DNA of 64,000 nt, taken from contig JBHLRZ010000004.1 in the NCBI GenBank assembly GCA_048882045.1, forward strand, positions 46,373-110,372, read 5' to 3'. Origin of the DNA: Candidatus Thorarchaeota archaeon. Its GTDB lineage: Archaea > Asgardarchaeota > Thorarchaeia > Thorarchaeales > Thorarchaeaceae. The position numbers were made by a program, and so were the translations under genes. Under the pieces are notes generated by a model. The model did not search any database, was not told where the DNA came from, and worked only from the letters and a program-made list of their open reading frames with translations. Shown here one piece after another: positions 48,702-58,538 of the stretch (the stretch's first letter is position 1; each line of letters begins with the position of its first letter).

Positions 48702-49382
48702 CTATTGATTGGGTCGAGGAATCTCAAAGGGAACATTACATCCCTGACAGACAACTACTTTCTCTGCACTCTCAGCCCGTATCTTGACAAGCATGTCGAC
48801 TCCACACTGAGGACATGTGCCAACTATGCCCTCTTCAGTAGCAACCGACTTCGTTGCTTCAGCGAAATTCGAAAAGCCGTATGCTAACCATCTCCCAACG
48901 TATCCATCGATGATAGAATAGATTACGATCCTTGGAACCGCCACAATCAGAAAGGTCACGAGGTCTAGATTCGGGAATAGCCAATCAATGGCCATGTTTG
49001 GAAGACCAAATATCACCAGAAGAATGATGAGTACTGTCCCATGTCCTGTATAACTCTTGAATCCTCCAGGGGGTGTTGCATTCCAAAAAGACCTAGATAA
49101 AACAGCATTGATTAGACCAGCTACAAAGAAGACCAATACGAGGAGCACAACAAAGAACAATACCAACACGACATACCCGACCAGCTCCCCTGCAGCTACT
49201 GCTATGGCACCTACAATAATCGTTTCAATTAATACGATAACTGCAAACATCAGAGTTGCAAGGGTTCCAATGATCGCATAGAAGAGTCCATGCATGAAAT
49301 ACTTCGGTAAATCTTGGATGAACGTTCGTTCCTTCTGTGCCAAGTCCTTCTGACCTCCTCGGTCCCTTGACTTGGCAGGCAT
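48702..49382 (-). CDS. Membrane protein with C-terminal zinc ribbon
   Basis: 4-5 TMs; CPQC...CQGC. Confidence 0.78.
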   Translation of the reverse strand: MPAKSRDRGGQKDLAQKERTFIQDLPKYFMHGLFYAIIGTLATLMFAVIVLIETIIVGAIAVAAGELVGYVVLVLFFVVLLVLVFFVAGLINAVLSRSFWNATPPGGFKSYTGHGTVLIILLVIFGLPNMAIDWLFPNLDLVTFLIVAVPRIVIYSIIDGYVGRWLAYGFSNFAEATKSVATEEGIVGTCPQCGVDMLVKIRAESAEKVVVCQGCNVPFEIPRPNQ

Positions 49383-49688
49383 CTCCTCAAGATAAATCTT
49401 GGTGAAGAATCACTACAAATGCTTCATGAAATATAGCTTCTGCAAAAGGTTTGAATTTTGCTTTTTCATTGCAAAAACAGCACCTATTATTGATTAAAAA
49501 TGATTAATATTGGTTATTTTTCGATTTTAAGCATAATTTCGATTTTTTTGGAAAGACAAAGCACGTATATCCCTCCAATACACTTTCGGAAATATGATAC
49601 GCTTAATCCATACTCAGGCTAACTGCTTTGAACCTTTTAGACAATCATACTCTTGCAGTCAGATTTGATTGTGGGATGTAAGAAGAAA

Positions 49689-49814
49689 ATGTCGACAGAG
49701 GTGAAGAAGTCCAGAACCAAGAAGACTCCCATGAGGGAGGATCAGCTCGATGAAGAGGATCGAGAGATCATACGCCTCTTGGAACTGGCGAGAATCTACT
49801 ATGATGGTCCGTGA
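49689..49814 (+). CDS. Small protein, 41 aa (MSTEVKKSRTKKTPMREDQLDEEDREIIRLLELARIYYDGP), not in ORF track
   Basis: Purine-rich coding-like sequence after an AT-rich region; basic, acidic then amphipathic segments. Confidence 0.6.
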   Translation: MSTEVKKSRTKKTPMREDQLDEEDREIIRLLELARIYYDGP

Positions 49815-49854
49815 ACCAAATCATAGAGTGTGAGAATATGGACGTGGAAATAAC

Positions 49855-50382
49855 TTGTCGGAGACGGATACGAAAGATGAGAATCTACTAGGTCACTTCC
49901 AAGAAGCAATGTTGCGAGCATCAGGACCAGCCATCCACAGAGCGTTAGATGAGAAACTCGATGACGCCCAGGCGATAGATGCAGAGTACGCATGTCTGAT
50001 GTCAATGATGCTCGAGCCCAAGAATCCCACGATGTGGAATGCACTCGCTTTAGTTCAGATGATATCGAGTAAACCTGACGATGCGGAGGATTCTATCAGA
50101 CGGTCTCTCGAGATTGATACCTCTAACTCATGGACCTGGACTATCTGGGGGGACCTTCTCAAGAATGAGAATAGAATCATTGAATCGGAAAGAGCATACA
50201 GGATGGCCGTGGAACTGGATCCAGTGAACGAGCACGCACTGAGGCAATTGGTCTTCATCACTGACTCACGAGAGGCGCATCCTGAAACTCTCACACTACT
50301 CGAAACTCTGCTTCCTCAACTTCCTGAAGACCAGGAACTCTGGGACATCTACTCAAGGTGCCTTAGAAGGATGAAGAAGTGA
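49855..50382 (+). CDS. TPR-repeat protein
   Basis: EPKNPTMWNALA, EIDTSNSWTWTIWG, AYRMAVELDP repeats. Confidence 0.82.
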   Translation: MSETDTKDENLLGHFQEAMLRASGPAIHRALDEKLDDAQAIDAEYACLMSMMLEPKNPTMWNALALVQMISSKPDDAEDSIRRSLEIDTSNSWTWTIWGDLLKNENRIIESERAYRMAVELDPVNEHALRQLVFITDSREAHPETLTLLETLLPQLPEDQELWDIYSRCLRRMKK

Positions 50383-53196
50383 TCACTCTGAATGCCTGAA
50401 ATCATCCGCTAGGTTCGAGTTCAGACCTCGATTAGTAACATAATAGGTGGTAGTAAATGCGGATGTTAGACTCAGGATTAGTATACCTGCGAGTAGAGGT
50501 AGAGGAAGGACCAGGTAGACAGGTAGACGAGACCAGACAATCTCAGTCGTCACTCCCAGGAAAGCCAATGGGATCTGGAGCAGCAGTGATGACAGTAGGA
50601 ATCCAATCAATGATCCAATCAACATTCCTAGGACCATACTCACTCCTGTATCGACAAATACAGCTGATATTATTGACGAGTTGGACGTGCCAAGTGCCCT
50701 CAAGATTGAGAATTGCTTCTGTAATCGACGGGTCTTCACTACTGAGATTATCATAAGACCCGCAGTGAGATACATGAGCGAGAACAGAGTGTTGAGAGTA
50801 TAAACACCGTAGATGGACTGGCCAGTCCTCGAGTCCAGTATTGAATCAATCTCCGACTGGGATGACACCAACTCATCAGTAGTGAAGTTGGCCACACTCC
50901 TGATGTCTTCCATCACCTTGGTAGAGTTTGCAGTTTCATGCAGGTCAACATAGATCTTGTTCACTGTCGATGTGTTGCGGATGTTTTGGATGTAGTCAAT
51001 ATTCATGATTACGAAGTCTTGAACATCAGGTTCTCCAGGGAAATAGTTTGTACCTCTCTGTTCATAATCTGCAGACATCACATCCACGATAGTACAGTCA
51101 ATAATGAAGCTCAATCCAGAAGTTACAGTGACTATCTTCACAGAATCATAGTATAATGGATTTCCTCCCGCATATTGCTCTATAGGCTTGAATGAGCTGA
51201 TGATATTCGTATGGTTCTCTGCCAGTAGTGAAATCCTGTCAACTGGGTTCCTACTCATAGTGAAGTACGGCAGCAAGAATACAGTTTCAGCCCAGGTGTC
51301 TGGATCGATTCCATAAATGGGAAGTGAAATGTTCACTAGTACAGGATCTTGATTCTCAAGCGCCTGGAGGAACTGTACGAACGAGTAAGTTTTCAAAAGA
51401 GCACTGGTGTTGTTTACACCTTCGATAGCATTGATTTGATCGACAATGTCATTTGTAACATTCCTCAGATTTTCATCAACATTGATTACAATGTCTGCTC
51501 CTACCATGAAACTAAACAACTCCTCCATATGATTTGAACCTGTTGAAGATGATACAACAGAGAAGAGACCTGCAGTGAAGACAAGTCCAATGAACATGAC
51601 GCCCATTGCTTCACTTTTCTTAGCCAATAGGGCATTCCTCGACATCACACGGGCTCCTATAATACGTGATGTGTTTCGGGTAAGACCTAACAACTTGGAT
51701 TTGATGAAGGAGGTTGGCAAGGAAAGAATCCTTGACAGAACAACAATGAAAATCCCAAACATTGTGATAACCAAAACTGCAAACAGAGCGAATCCAGTTG
51801 GAGAAACTCCACCAGTTCCAAGTGACGTCAGTAATGGAGTGATGAGAAGTCCGGATACAATGAATGCTACCACTTCCATGATTGGTGGACGGAGTATTTC
51901 CTTACCAGCAAGGGCTTGTTTCTCTACAACTGAGTGAGCTTCATCTGGTGTCATGAGTAGTGCGTTGACTGCAGAAGGTAGTGAAATGGCAAAACCGACT
52001 ATGAATGAGAATACAAAGACGATTATGATGGAACTAGGCTCGAGGAGAAGGTTGAAGCTGGCAAGATTATCTGGAGTAAAGACTAAGAGCTGTCTTACTC
52101 CACCAGAGAGTATTGCAGCAAGAGTTCCAGTTGCAACCGCTCCTATACTCCCTATTATTCCAGTCAAGAAAGCACTCGATATAATCCAAGTGAAAGACTG
52201 CCAACCTGATGCTCCTCTAGTTATCAGAGTGCCCGTGTCACGTCTTCGCTGATCCTCCGTCAACCTCGAATTATAAACAAGAAGCATCACTCCCATTACG
52301 ATACTTGGAATCGAGAACGACAGTGAAATTATCGTCATTGTGGATGCCCAGGAGTTGTATCCATAAACTATTCCCAGAATCTCGAATTCAGCCACTCTCG
52401 CATAAGGTAGAGTGCGTTGCTCGATTCTTGCCTTGACTTCGGAAAGAGATGACTCAACATGACTTGGACTGCTATGGGTGATGAAACTCGAATCAAATAT
52501 AGTCCATATACTATAGAACACCTCATTAGATGTTTGAAGTCCTACATTGTTGAATTCGGACACCAGACCTGCCCGTGTTGTGATCATCCGAAGTGACGTT
52601 ATTGGATTCCCACTGACGTCCCGACGACTGCTGAAGGTGTTAGTTCTGAACAGCCCAATGACCTTGTAGCTTGCATTGTATCTCTGTAGTGTGAAGTTTT
52701 CATCGAGTGCTATGATGTCAGCAACATAGTCATCGCCAATTTGAAGGTGGAGATATTCTGCCCAATCATATTCAATATAGCATGTGCTTTCATTGAGCTC
52801 GGATTCTACTGAAATGAGTTGAATTGCATGTGGAAATACTTGGAAGATAGAATTATCCACACCGATATAGCTATACTTTCGAAATCTACTCTCAGGGTAA
52901 CTATGGTCCCACCCCTCAATGAAGGCAACTATCTCTGTGTCGGAGACAAGCTCCTGTTCTCTGACGATACTATCAATATCCTCGATGGAAGCAGTAGATG
53001 AATCATAGAATTCAGGCGTACACTGAACCTCCATATCTATTGGAATGTCTTCAGTCATTTCTTCAAGCACATTTGTGCTAGTACTGTCCATGTAGAACAA
53101 AACTCCCCCAAGAACTCCAGCTGACAATGAGAACATGAGTAGAGTCGCTAAAACCTGAGGACTATGTGAAGCAAGACGTGATAGTAGAAACATCAT
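50383..53196 (-). CDS. FtsX/MacB-like ABC permease (duplicated domain)
   Basis: RRRDTGTLITRGAS and FSILRALGTS motifs, GADI, two large extracytoplasmic loops. Confidence 0.88.
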   Translation of the reverse strand: MMFLLSRLASHSPQVLATLLMFSLSAGVLGGVLFYMDSTSTNVLEEMTEDIPIDMEVQCTPEFYDSSTASIEDIDSIVREQELVSDTEIVAFIEGWDHSYPESRFRKYSYIGVDNSIFQVFPHAIQLISVESELNESTCYIEYDWAEYLHLQIGDDYVADIIALDENFTLQRYNASYKVIGLFRTNTFSSRRDVSGNPITSLRMITTRAGLVSEFNNVGLQTSNEVFYSIWTIFDSSFITHSSPSHVESSLSEVKARIEQRTLPYARVAEFEILGIVYGYNSWASTMTIISLSFSIPSIVMGVMLLVYNSRLTEDQRRRDTGTLITRGASGWQSFTWIISSAFLTGIIGSIGAVATGTLAAILSGGVRQLLVFTPDNLASFNLLLEPSSIIIVFVFSFIVGFAISLPSAVNALLMTPDEAHSVVEKQALAGKEILRPPIMEVVAFIVSGLLITPLLTSLGTGGVSPTGFALFAVLVITMFGIFIVVLSRILSLPTSFIKSKLLGLTRNTSRIIGARVMSRNALLAKKSEAMGVMFIGLVFTAGLFSVVSSSTGSNHMEELFSFMVGADIVINVDENLRNVTNDIVDQINAIEGVNNTSALLKTYSFVQFLQALENQDPVLVNISLPIYGIDPDTWAETVFLLPYFTMSRNPVDRISLLAENHTNIISSFKPIEQYAGGNPLYYDSVKIVTVTSGLSFIIDCTIVDVMSADYEQRGTNYFPGEPDVQDFVIMNIDYIQNIRNTSTVNKIYVDLHETANSTKVMEDIRSVANFTTDELVSSQSEIDSILDSRTGQSIYGVYTLNTLFSLMYLTAGLMIISVVKTRRLQKQFSILRALGTSNSSIISAVFVDTGVSMVLGMLIGSLIGFLLSSLLLQIPLAFLGVTTEIVWSRLPVYLVLPLPLLAGILILSLTSAFTTTYYVTNRGLNSNLADDFRHSE

Positions 53197-55964
53197 CCTA
53201 CCTCCACATATGGACTGGATTCAGTCCACGCACTGTTTAGTGCTTCGCTGAGATCGACTCTTGAACTGAGAATAGCAATCACCGTGATGAATATTGCAAC
53301 GCAGAAGATGAAGAACAATAGAATGACGCTCATCAATAACACTGGAGTGATGATTGTTACAGGCGAAGGATACACGTAGGTCACTCCACCATAGGTTCGT
53401 ATAGCCGCAAGGAGTGAGTTCACTGTCAGCACGGGAGTGAAGAGGCCAAGCAACATGACACTCATAATGAATAAGACAAGCATTTCTGCAGCCTGTGTCT
53501 TCACTACGAGATTTCTCTCGGCTCCCATAGATCTGAGAAGAGCAATCTCACGTTTCCTTGCCTTGACGCCCTCTATGGCATAGATGACAAAAGCCCCAAA
53601 GATAGCTCCTACACTGAGCATTGTGAACAGTGTATCAGTCGAACGGTCCACAACGTAGATATCTTGTGAGATGTATGTTAGAAGTTCATTTAAGGCTGAC
53701 ACCCATCCATCCTCCTCCAGGACATCAGACCATCCATTTGTGAGAAGTTCTTTAGCAATGAGAGTTGCATTCACTATTTCTTCCACTCTCATGCAATAGA
53801 TATTCTCAACTTCTTCTTCAAAGGACAGGATGATATCAATATCCTCTCGATTTACCCACACCTGTCCTGATCCAACCTCATATGTCCATTCGATTCCTGG
53901 GTATGGATTGGATCCTCCCGAAAAAGTCAGTGTATCTGGTAGAGCATCAACGACTCCAATAATAGTGAACTCTAGAGCTTCCAGTTCAGTTTCATTCCTC
54001 CAAAATGCCCTAAGAACACCGCCAGTTGAGAGACCGTACTTCTCTGCGACATCCTGTGTAACTATTGCTCCTGTTTGTGATAGCTCGAGCTGCTCCAACA
54101 AAAGGCCTAGACCTGATTCGTTTAAATGGTTTCCAACTGAATCATAACCGACTCTGGAATATTCCGTTGGGTTCAGACCTACAAACTCGAAAGTACCTTC
54201 GGTTCCAGTTGAAAGAGGCAATGACACCTTACTCAGAATACTACCCGAGGCTGAGGGCAAACCTTGTGTCATGTTGCCAATAAAAGACTCCCACTGATCT
54301 GACTCATCTGAATCCAAGTGAAATGCCAAATCCCCTCCTATCGCAAACCTCGACTGGTTTAGTCTCGTATACGGCAAGGTTGCATCATTGATTGCATAGT
54401 TCCATCCAAGACTCATTGCCAGTACTAAAACAATGATGAGTGAGCCAGATGACGCGGTGGTTTTGCCTATTCTCCTGATTCCGACAGTTGCTGGAATATT
54501 GCCGACCAAACCGCTGAATACTCTAGAAAATAGGTGAGCACCTCTCCTCATGGCCTTGATTGCCAAACTGGTCATTCCGAAGAACAATGTGAAGGGTAGA
54601 ACACTTAGGACAACATATAGAAATGGATCACGTGTCACTATCGTTCCTGCCAGATTGAGTGCCACAAGAAGCAAAATACTCAAAGCTAGGAGTGAAGCGT
54701 CACCACGTACGAAGCTAAGTGCCTTGGTTATCCTCGCCAGTCTTCCTGTACTCTCTCGACTAGTAATCTTCAATGCACTTCGGAGTTGATGAATCAGCAG
54801 TATGATTGCAGGAAGTGCAACTCCCGCAATGACAGAATACACAATACTGTCAATGGAAATCAACAACGCGTTAGTGAATAGTCTCTGGTAATCGATAATA
54901 AAAAATCCATTTGATGCAATTGCAAATCTACTGGCTACTACCCCCACTGCAAATCCGAGTGGGACAGATAGAACAGCCAAGCTGATGATCTCCAAATTGA
55001 CTAGTAGTCCAACTCGAAAACGTGAGGCTCCTCTTGCTACTAGCATATTGATTTCATAGGTTCTTTCATTCCAGATGTGGTTGACTGCCAAGTAGAGGAC
55101 AGATAGCTCGAGAAGAAGAACTCCACCACTTCGAAGAGTCTGTGATGAACGAAGGTCCGTCAAATATTCCAAATAGTCCTCGATCCCGTCACCAAGTAAA
55201 TTGACGACAGTATAGGTTGGCCTGCCTCCTCGATTGTAATAGGTGTCGAGCATCCTGATCTGTTCATTGATTTCATAGAGATGGTTCAGTGAACCAGCGG
55301 GGTCATATGGCACTACGTCACCTCTGTCAACATCTGCATAGATGAAGCTGAACGACATTAAGGACCTCAATGATTCATGGAACAACACATGGCCGCGGGT
55401 GTAGTAGTATGAGTTTTGAAAGCCAGTTTCTCCATGTTCGAAAATACCTGTAACAATAGCAGGTTCATATGATGGGTCGAACGGGTTCAAAGATTCATAT
55501 GAGTAATTGACCTGATCTCCCACACTCACATAGAGCAAATCTGCTACAAGAACTGAAATTGCAATTTCTGAAGCATTTTCAGGAAACTTGCCTTCCGCGA
55601 GTGTGAAAATAGTTGGATAGGTGTCTGTGAATCCTTCACTATATTCCATTCCATACGTATTTACCTGCCAACGGAGTCCCAGCGACCTCGATGCAAGGTA
55701 GGCGAATGTCCCTTTGATCGGTTCTGCGTTACTTATTCCCGGTATCCCTCGAAAGTCATCAATCTCGCTATCAATCCCATCTCCAATCGCAACCAATGCT
55801 ACTGGCCCAACATCACACTCAGAATTCCATACCTCCATAGAGTATGAGTCAACATACACCATTACACCTGCGATTATCGCTGATGACAACATGAAGCATA
55901 GAAGGGCCACTAACTTCCTTCTCTTTCCTTGAAATGCTTCATAGTCAACAGGAATTGATACCAC
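53193..55964 (-). CDS. FtsX/MacB-like ABC permease (duplicated domain)
   Basis: ERTYEINMLVARGAS and RKREIALLRSMGA motifs, GGDL; 4-nt overlap with the next gene. Confidence 0.88.
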   Translation of the reverse strand: MVSIPVDYEAFQGKRRKLVALLCFMLSSAIIAGVMVYVDSYSMEVWNSECDVGPVALVAIGDGIDSEIDDFRGIPGISNAEPIKGTFAYLASRSLGLRWQVNTYGMEYSEGFTDTYPTIFTLAEGKFPENASEIAISVLVADLLYVSVGDQVNYSYESLNPFDPSYEPAIVTGIFEHGETGFQNSYYYTRGHVLFHESLRSLMSFSFIYADVDRGDVVPYDPAGSLNHLYEINEQIRMLDTYYNRGGRPTYTVVNLLGDGIEDYLEYLTDLRSSQTLRSGGVLLLELSVLYLAVNHIWNERTYEINMLVARGASRFRVGLLVNLEIISLAVLSVPLGFAVGVVASRFAIASNGFFIIDYQRLFTNALLISIDSIVYSVIAGVALPAIILLIHQLRSALKITSRESTGRLARITKALSFVRGDASLLALSILLLVALNLAGTIVTRDPFLYVVLSVLPFTLFFGMTSLAIKAMRRGAHLFSRVFSGLVGNIPATVGIRRIGKTTASSGSLIIVLVLAMSLGWNYAINDATLPYTRLNQSRFAIGGDLAFHLDSDESDQWESFIGNMTQGLPSASGSILSKVSLPLSTGTEGTFEFVGLNPTEYSRVGYDSVGNHLNESGLGLLLEQLELSQTGAIVTQDVAEKYGLSTGGVLRAFWRNETELEALEFTIIGVVDALPDTLTFSGGSNPYPGIEWTYEVGSGQVWVNREDIDIILSFEEEVENIYCMRVEEIVNATLIAKELLTNGWSDVLEEDGWVSALNELLTYISQDIYVVDRSTDTLFTMLSVGAIFGAFVIYAIEGVKARKREIALLRSMGAERNLVVKTQAAEMLVLFIMSVMLLGLFTPVLTVNSLLAAIRTYGGVTYVYPSPVTIITPVLLMSVILLFFIFCVAIFITVIAILSSRVDLSEALNSAWTESSPYVEVG

Positions 55965-56277
55965 TAAGAATCGCCTTTTGGATGTGCTCTCACAATCTAC
56001 GAAACACTGACGATTTGTTTCCGTCTAATAAAACACACTCTCTCAGCCTTCCCAGGAAGACATGCTGATCGAATTCGTAAGTTCTTTGATTTCCTGTAAA
56101 TGTTGCTCGGAATTGAGAACAATGTCTAATGTGGTGCCTAATAAGGTCCTATCAGAATCTAACTGTCCCAATCTCCTGAATGGTCAGTTATACTAATCTC
56201 AATCTTGAAGATGTCTATTCAATCAATCGAACCTCCTTAGACGCATTTTGGGCTTCTATGGACACAAGTGAACTGAT

Positions 56278-57030
56278 GTGTTAATTCCAGGTTTTCAGAC
56301 TGCAGACAAACTTCAAAGAACGATATGCAAGACAGGAACGCCAATCCTTGACGGTCTCCTTGGGGGTGGATATGAAACCGGTCTCACATATCTGTTCTAT
56401 GGACACGAGTTGCTGCATAGTGTCATCCTTCGTTCTGCAGTCCAAGCTCAATTACCTGTGATGAAAGGTGGGTTCTCAAGTCCTTGTATCATGATTGACA
56501 GCTCGAACATGATTGATACAGTAAAACTGAGAGACATCTCATTCCAGCTCGGTCTTGAGCCTGAGAGTGTCATGGATGCAATCCACATATCTCGCGCTTT
56601 CAATGCTTCACAGACTTTCGACCTCGTCATCAACCATCTGGACGAGTTCATGGAAAGCGTTCCAGCAAAGATGCTGATTCTACCGGGACTTGTCGACCTC
56701 TTCAACAGTGAGGGTCTTGACAGTGAAGCGACACGTCAGATGGCTCATATGGCTGCGCGTGTAAATGCGTTCACTCTGAAACACAATATTGTGACGCTGA
56801 TATCCACTCGAGAACCATTGGGTTATGGAAAACAACCATCAGTCGGAAAAGCGCTCACAAGCTCTACTCAGGTTCATGTACTGGTGGATCAGACTCCGAT
56901 GCGCAATCTGTATTCACTGACAAAGCATCCAAGTCTCTCGTCCCGAATAGAATCTGTTGCCCGTACCGGTTCCGTATTTGGCGTGACCCTCCCACTTGAA
57001 TACTTCTTTGAAGATGAATCTACTACTTGA
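56278..57030 (+). CDS. RadA/Rad51-like paralog lacking Walker A and Walker B residues
   Basis: TGTPILDGLLGGG, VQAQLP..KGG, IMIDSSN, ISRAFN; P-loop position reads YGHELLHS. Confidence 0.8.
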   Translation: MLIPGFQTADKLQRTICKTGTPILDGLLGGGYETGLTYLFYGHELLHSVILRSAVQAQLPVMKGGFSSPCIMIDSSNMIDTVKLRDISFQLGLEPESVMDAIHISRAFNASQTFDLVINHLDEFMESVPAKMLILPGLVDLFNSEGLDSEATRQMAHMAARVNAFTLKHNIVTLISTREPLGYGKQPSVGKALTSSTQVHVLVDQTPMRNLYSLTKHPSLSSRIESVARTGSVFGVTLPLEYFFEDESTT

Positions 57031-57080
57031 GTGATTTGCAGCATTCTGGACCGTACCCCTCTCCAGTAGTCCTCTACCTC

Positions 57081-57785
57081 TTACCTGCTCATCGAAACGG
57101 ACCTGTTCATACTGCTGATGAATAGTTCTAGCCCTGTATCGACCTTGGCAACACCCAGTCCGCCCAGGTACGGTTCTCTGTCCTCGAATTTCAGTGCTCT
57201 CTCAAGAAGCATCCTCTTGGCACTCAGAAGTGCGAGATCATGTGTGATGTGAATGAAAATGATTGGCTCCTTAGCAGATATCAACCTCTCAATGGTGTCT
57301 GCCATGAACCTGACTCGATAGTCCTCAAATGGTTCGATTCGATTCTCAAATTCTCCATCAACCCACCTATTGACATAATCTGTCACATTCTCTCCATTAG
57401 GATGTAGGTCATTCCAAACATCGTGATCCAAAATCTGTGGCGCAACTAGGGTAGGAAGAGGACTGATGTCAATTACCTCTCCTCCATTCTCAGAATATCC
57501 ATCTGCAATACCTTCTGCAGTTTCGTGGCAACGAGGTATAAAACTGGTGTAGATGTCCATAGGCCTTCCTGGTCTAATTCGTTTTCCAACTTCAACTGCA
57601 ACCTGCCGACCAAGCTCCGTGATTCCTGCGCTAGCCATATCCTGATGGTTTCGAAGTGTTTCCCTGTGTGAATGTCTAAGAATAAGCATCAAAGAACTGT
57701 TTGAGCTGATATTCGATGCCCAGTCGAGAATGTTTCTGACATTAGTAATCCAATCTTCAGTGTCCCAGCTTTTCTTGATGTCCAT
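57081..57785 (-). CDS. Histidine phosphatase family protein
   Basis: ILRHSHR, ITELG, TS..PRCHETA, ITHD. Confidence 0.8.
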   Translation of the reverse strand: MDIKKSWDTEDWITNVRNILDWASNISSNSSLMLILRHSHRETLRNHQDMASAGITELGRQVAVEVGKRIRPGRPMDIYTSFIPRCHETAEGIADGYSENGGEVIDISPLPTLVAPQILDHDVWNDLHPNGENVTDYVNRWVDGEFENRIEPFEDYRVRFMADTIERLISAKEPIIFIHITHDLALLSAKRMLLERALKFEDREPYLGGLGVAKVDTGLELFISSMNRSVSMSR

Positions 57786-57802
57786 TGTAATTCCTCAAAC
57801 GT

Positions 57803-58222
57803 TCAGAGGTGTTCACGTATTCCTGCCTCGATGACTCTGAAGCAGTTGGGACAGGTCAGCTCACTTGAACCTACCCATTCGACTTGATTCATTTCCAGTT
57901 TGTATTTGCAATGGGGACAGTATACAGGTACAGTATAAACAGAACCCTCTGCATAGTCACCAGTTTGATACATAGGCTGAGTATAGGTTTGTCTCATCAT
58001 TACACTGTCACTGGTTGTTCTCTGAGTTGTGTTGCACACTACCATAGATACTATGATTATGAGGGTCATGATTCCAAAGGTTCCAATCAAAGTTGGCCAG
58101 AGGATTGGCCACACATACTCCAGGATCCCAAGTGTTTCAAACATGATATACATGATGAAGAGTATTCCAGCCATTACAATGGCTATGCCACAGATGATTC
58201 TGGCTGCTATATTACTAGACAA
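57803..58222 (-). CDS. 2-TM protein with C-terminal zinc ribbon
   Basis: Two TMs; PVYCPHC...LTCPNC. Confidence 0.78.
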   Translation of the reverse strand: MSSNIAARIICGIAIVMAGILFIMYIMFETLGILEYVWPILWPTLIGTFGIMTLIIIVSMVVCNTTQRTTSDSVMMRQTYTQPMYQTGDYAEGSVYTVPVYCPHCKYKLEMNQVEWVGSSELTCPNCFRVIEAGIREHL

Positions 58223-58538
58223 ATGATCACAGTGCAGTTGACTGTGTTTTATCCTATAAAGGTTCAGAGGATGTGGATACCTGCGACTATTAGTTTTGAA
58301 CTTTCTCGGAAGAACCGAGCTTCAGAGATTAATAGGAGCACTCACGCTCCAGACAGGTCGATGTCACAGATCTGTTTAGTTTCGACCATCTCTCTCGGGC
58401 GTGTGAGTTCACTAGGAAGAACTTTCACTCCTCACAAAATCCTAGTATCACACCCTTCATTTGAGAACAGTCGAGGCGTGGCAGGTACCGTAAAGGTTAC
58501 TTACAGTCAGGTATGTGCGTCCAGGAAGGCTGGAGCAG

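Noticed and set aside
58265-58389. Minus-strand MVETKQICDIDLSGA-TGA as a selenoprotein (TusA-like)
   Set aside because: Spacing does not fit the DxxGxxCP motif, no SECIS seen, and the readthrough is not convincingly protein-like
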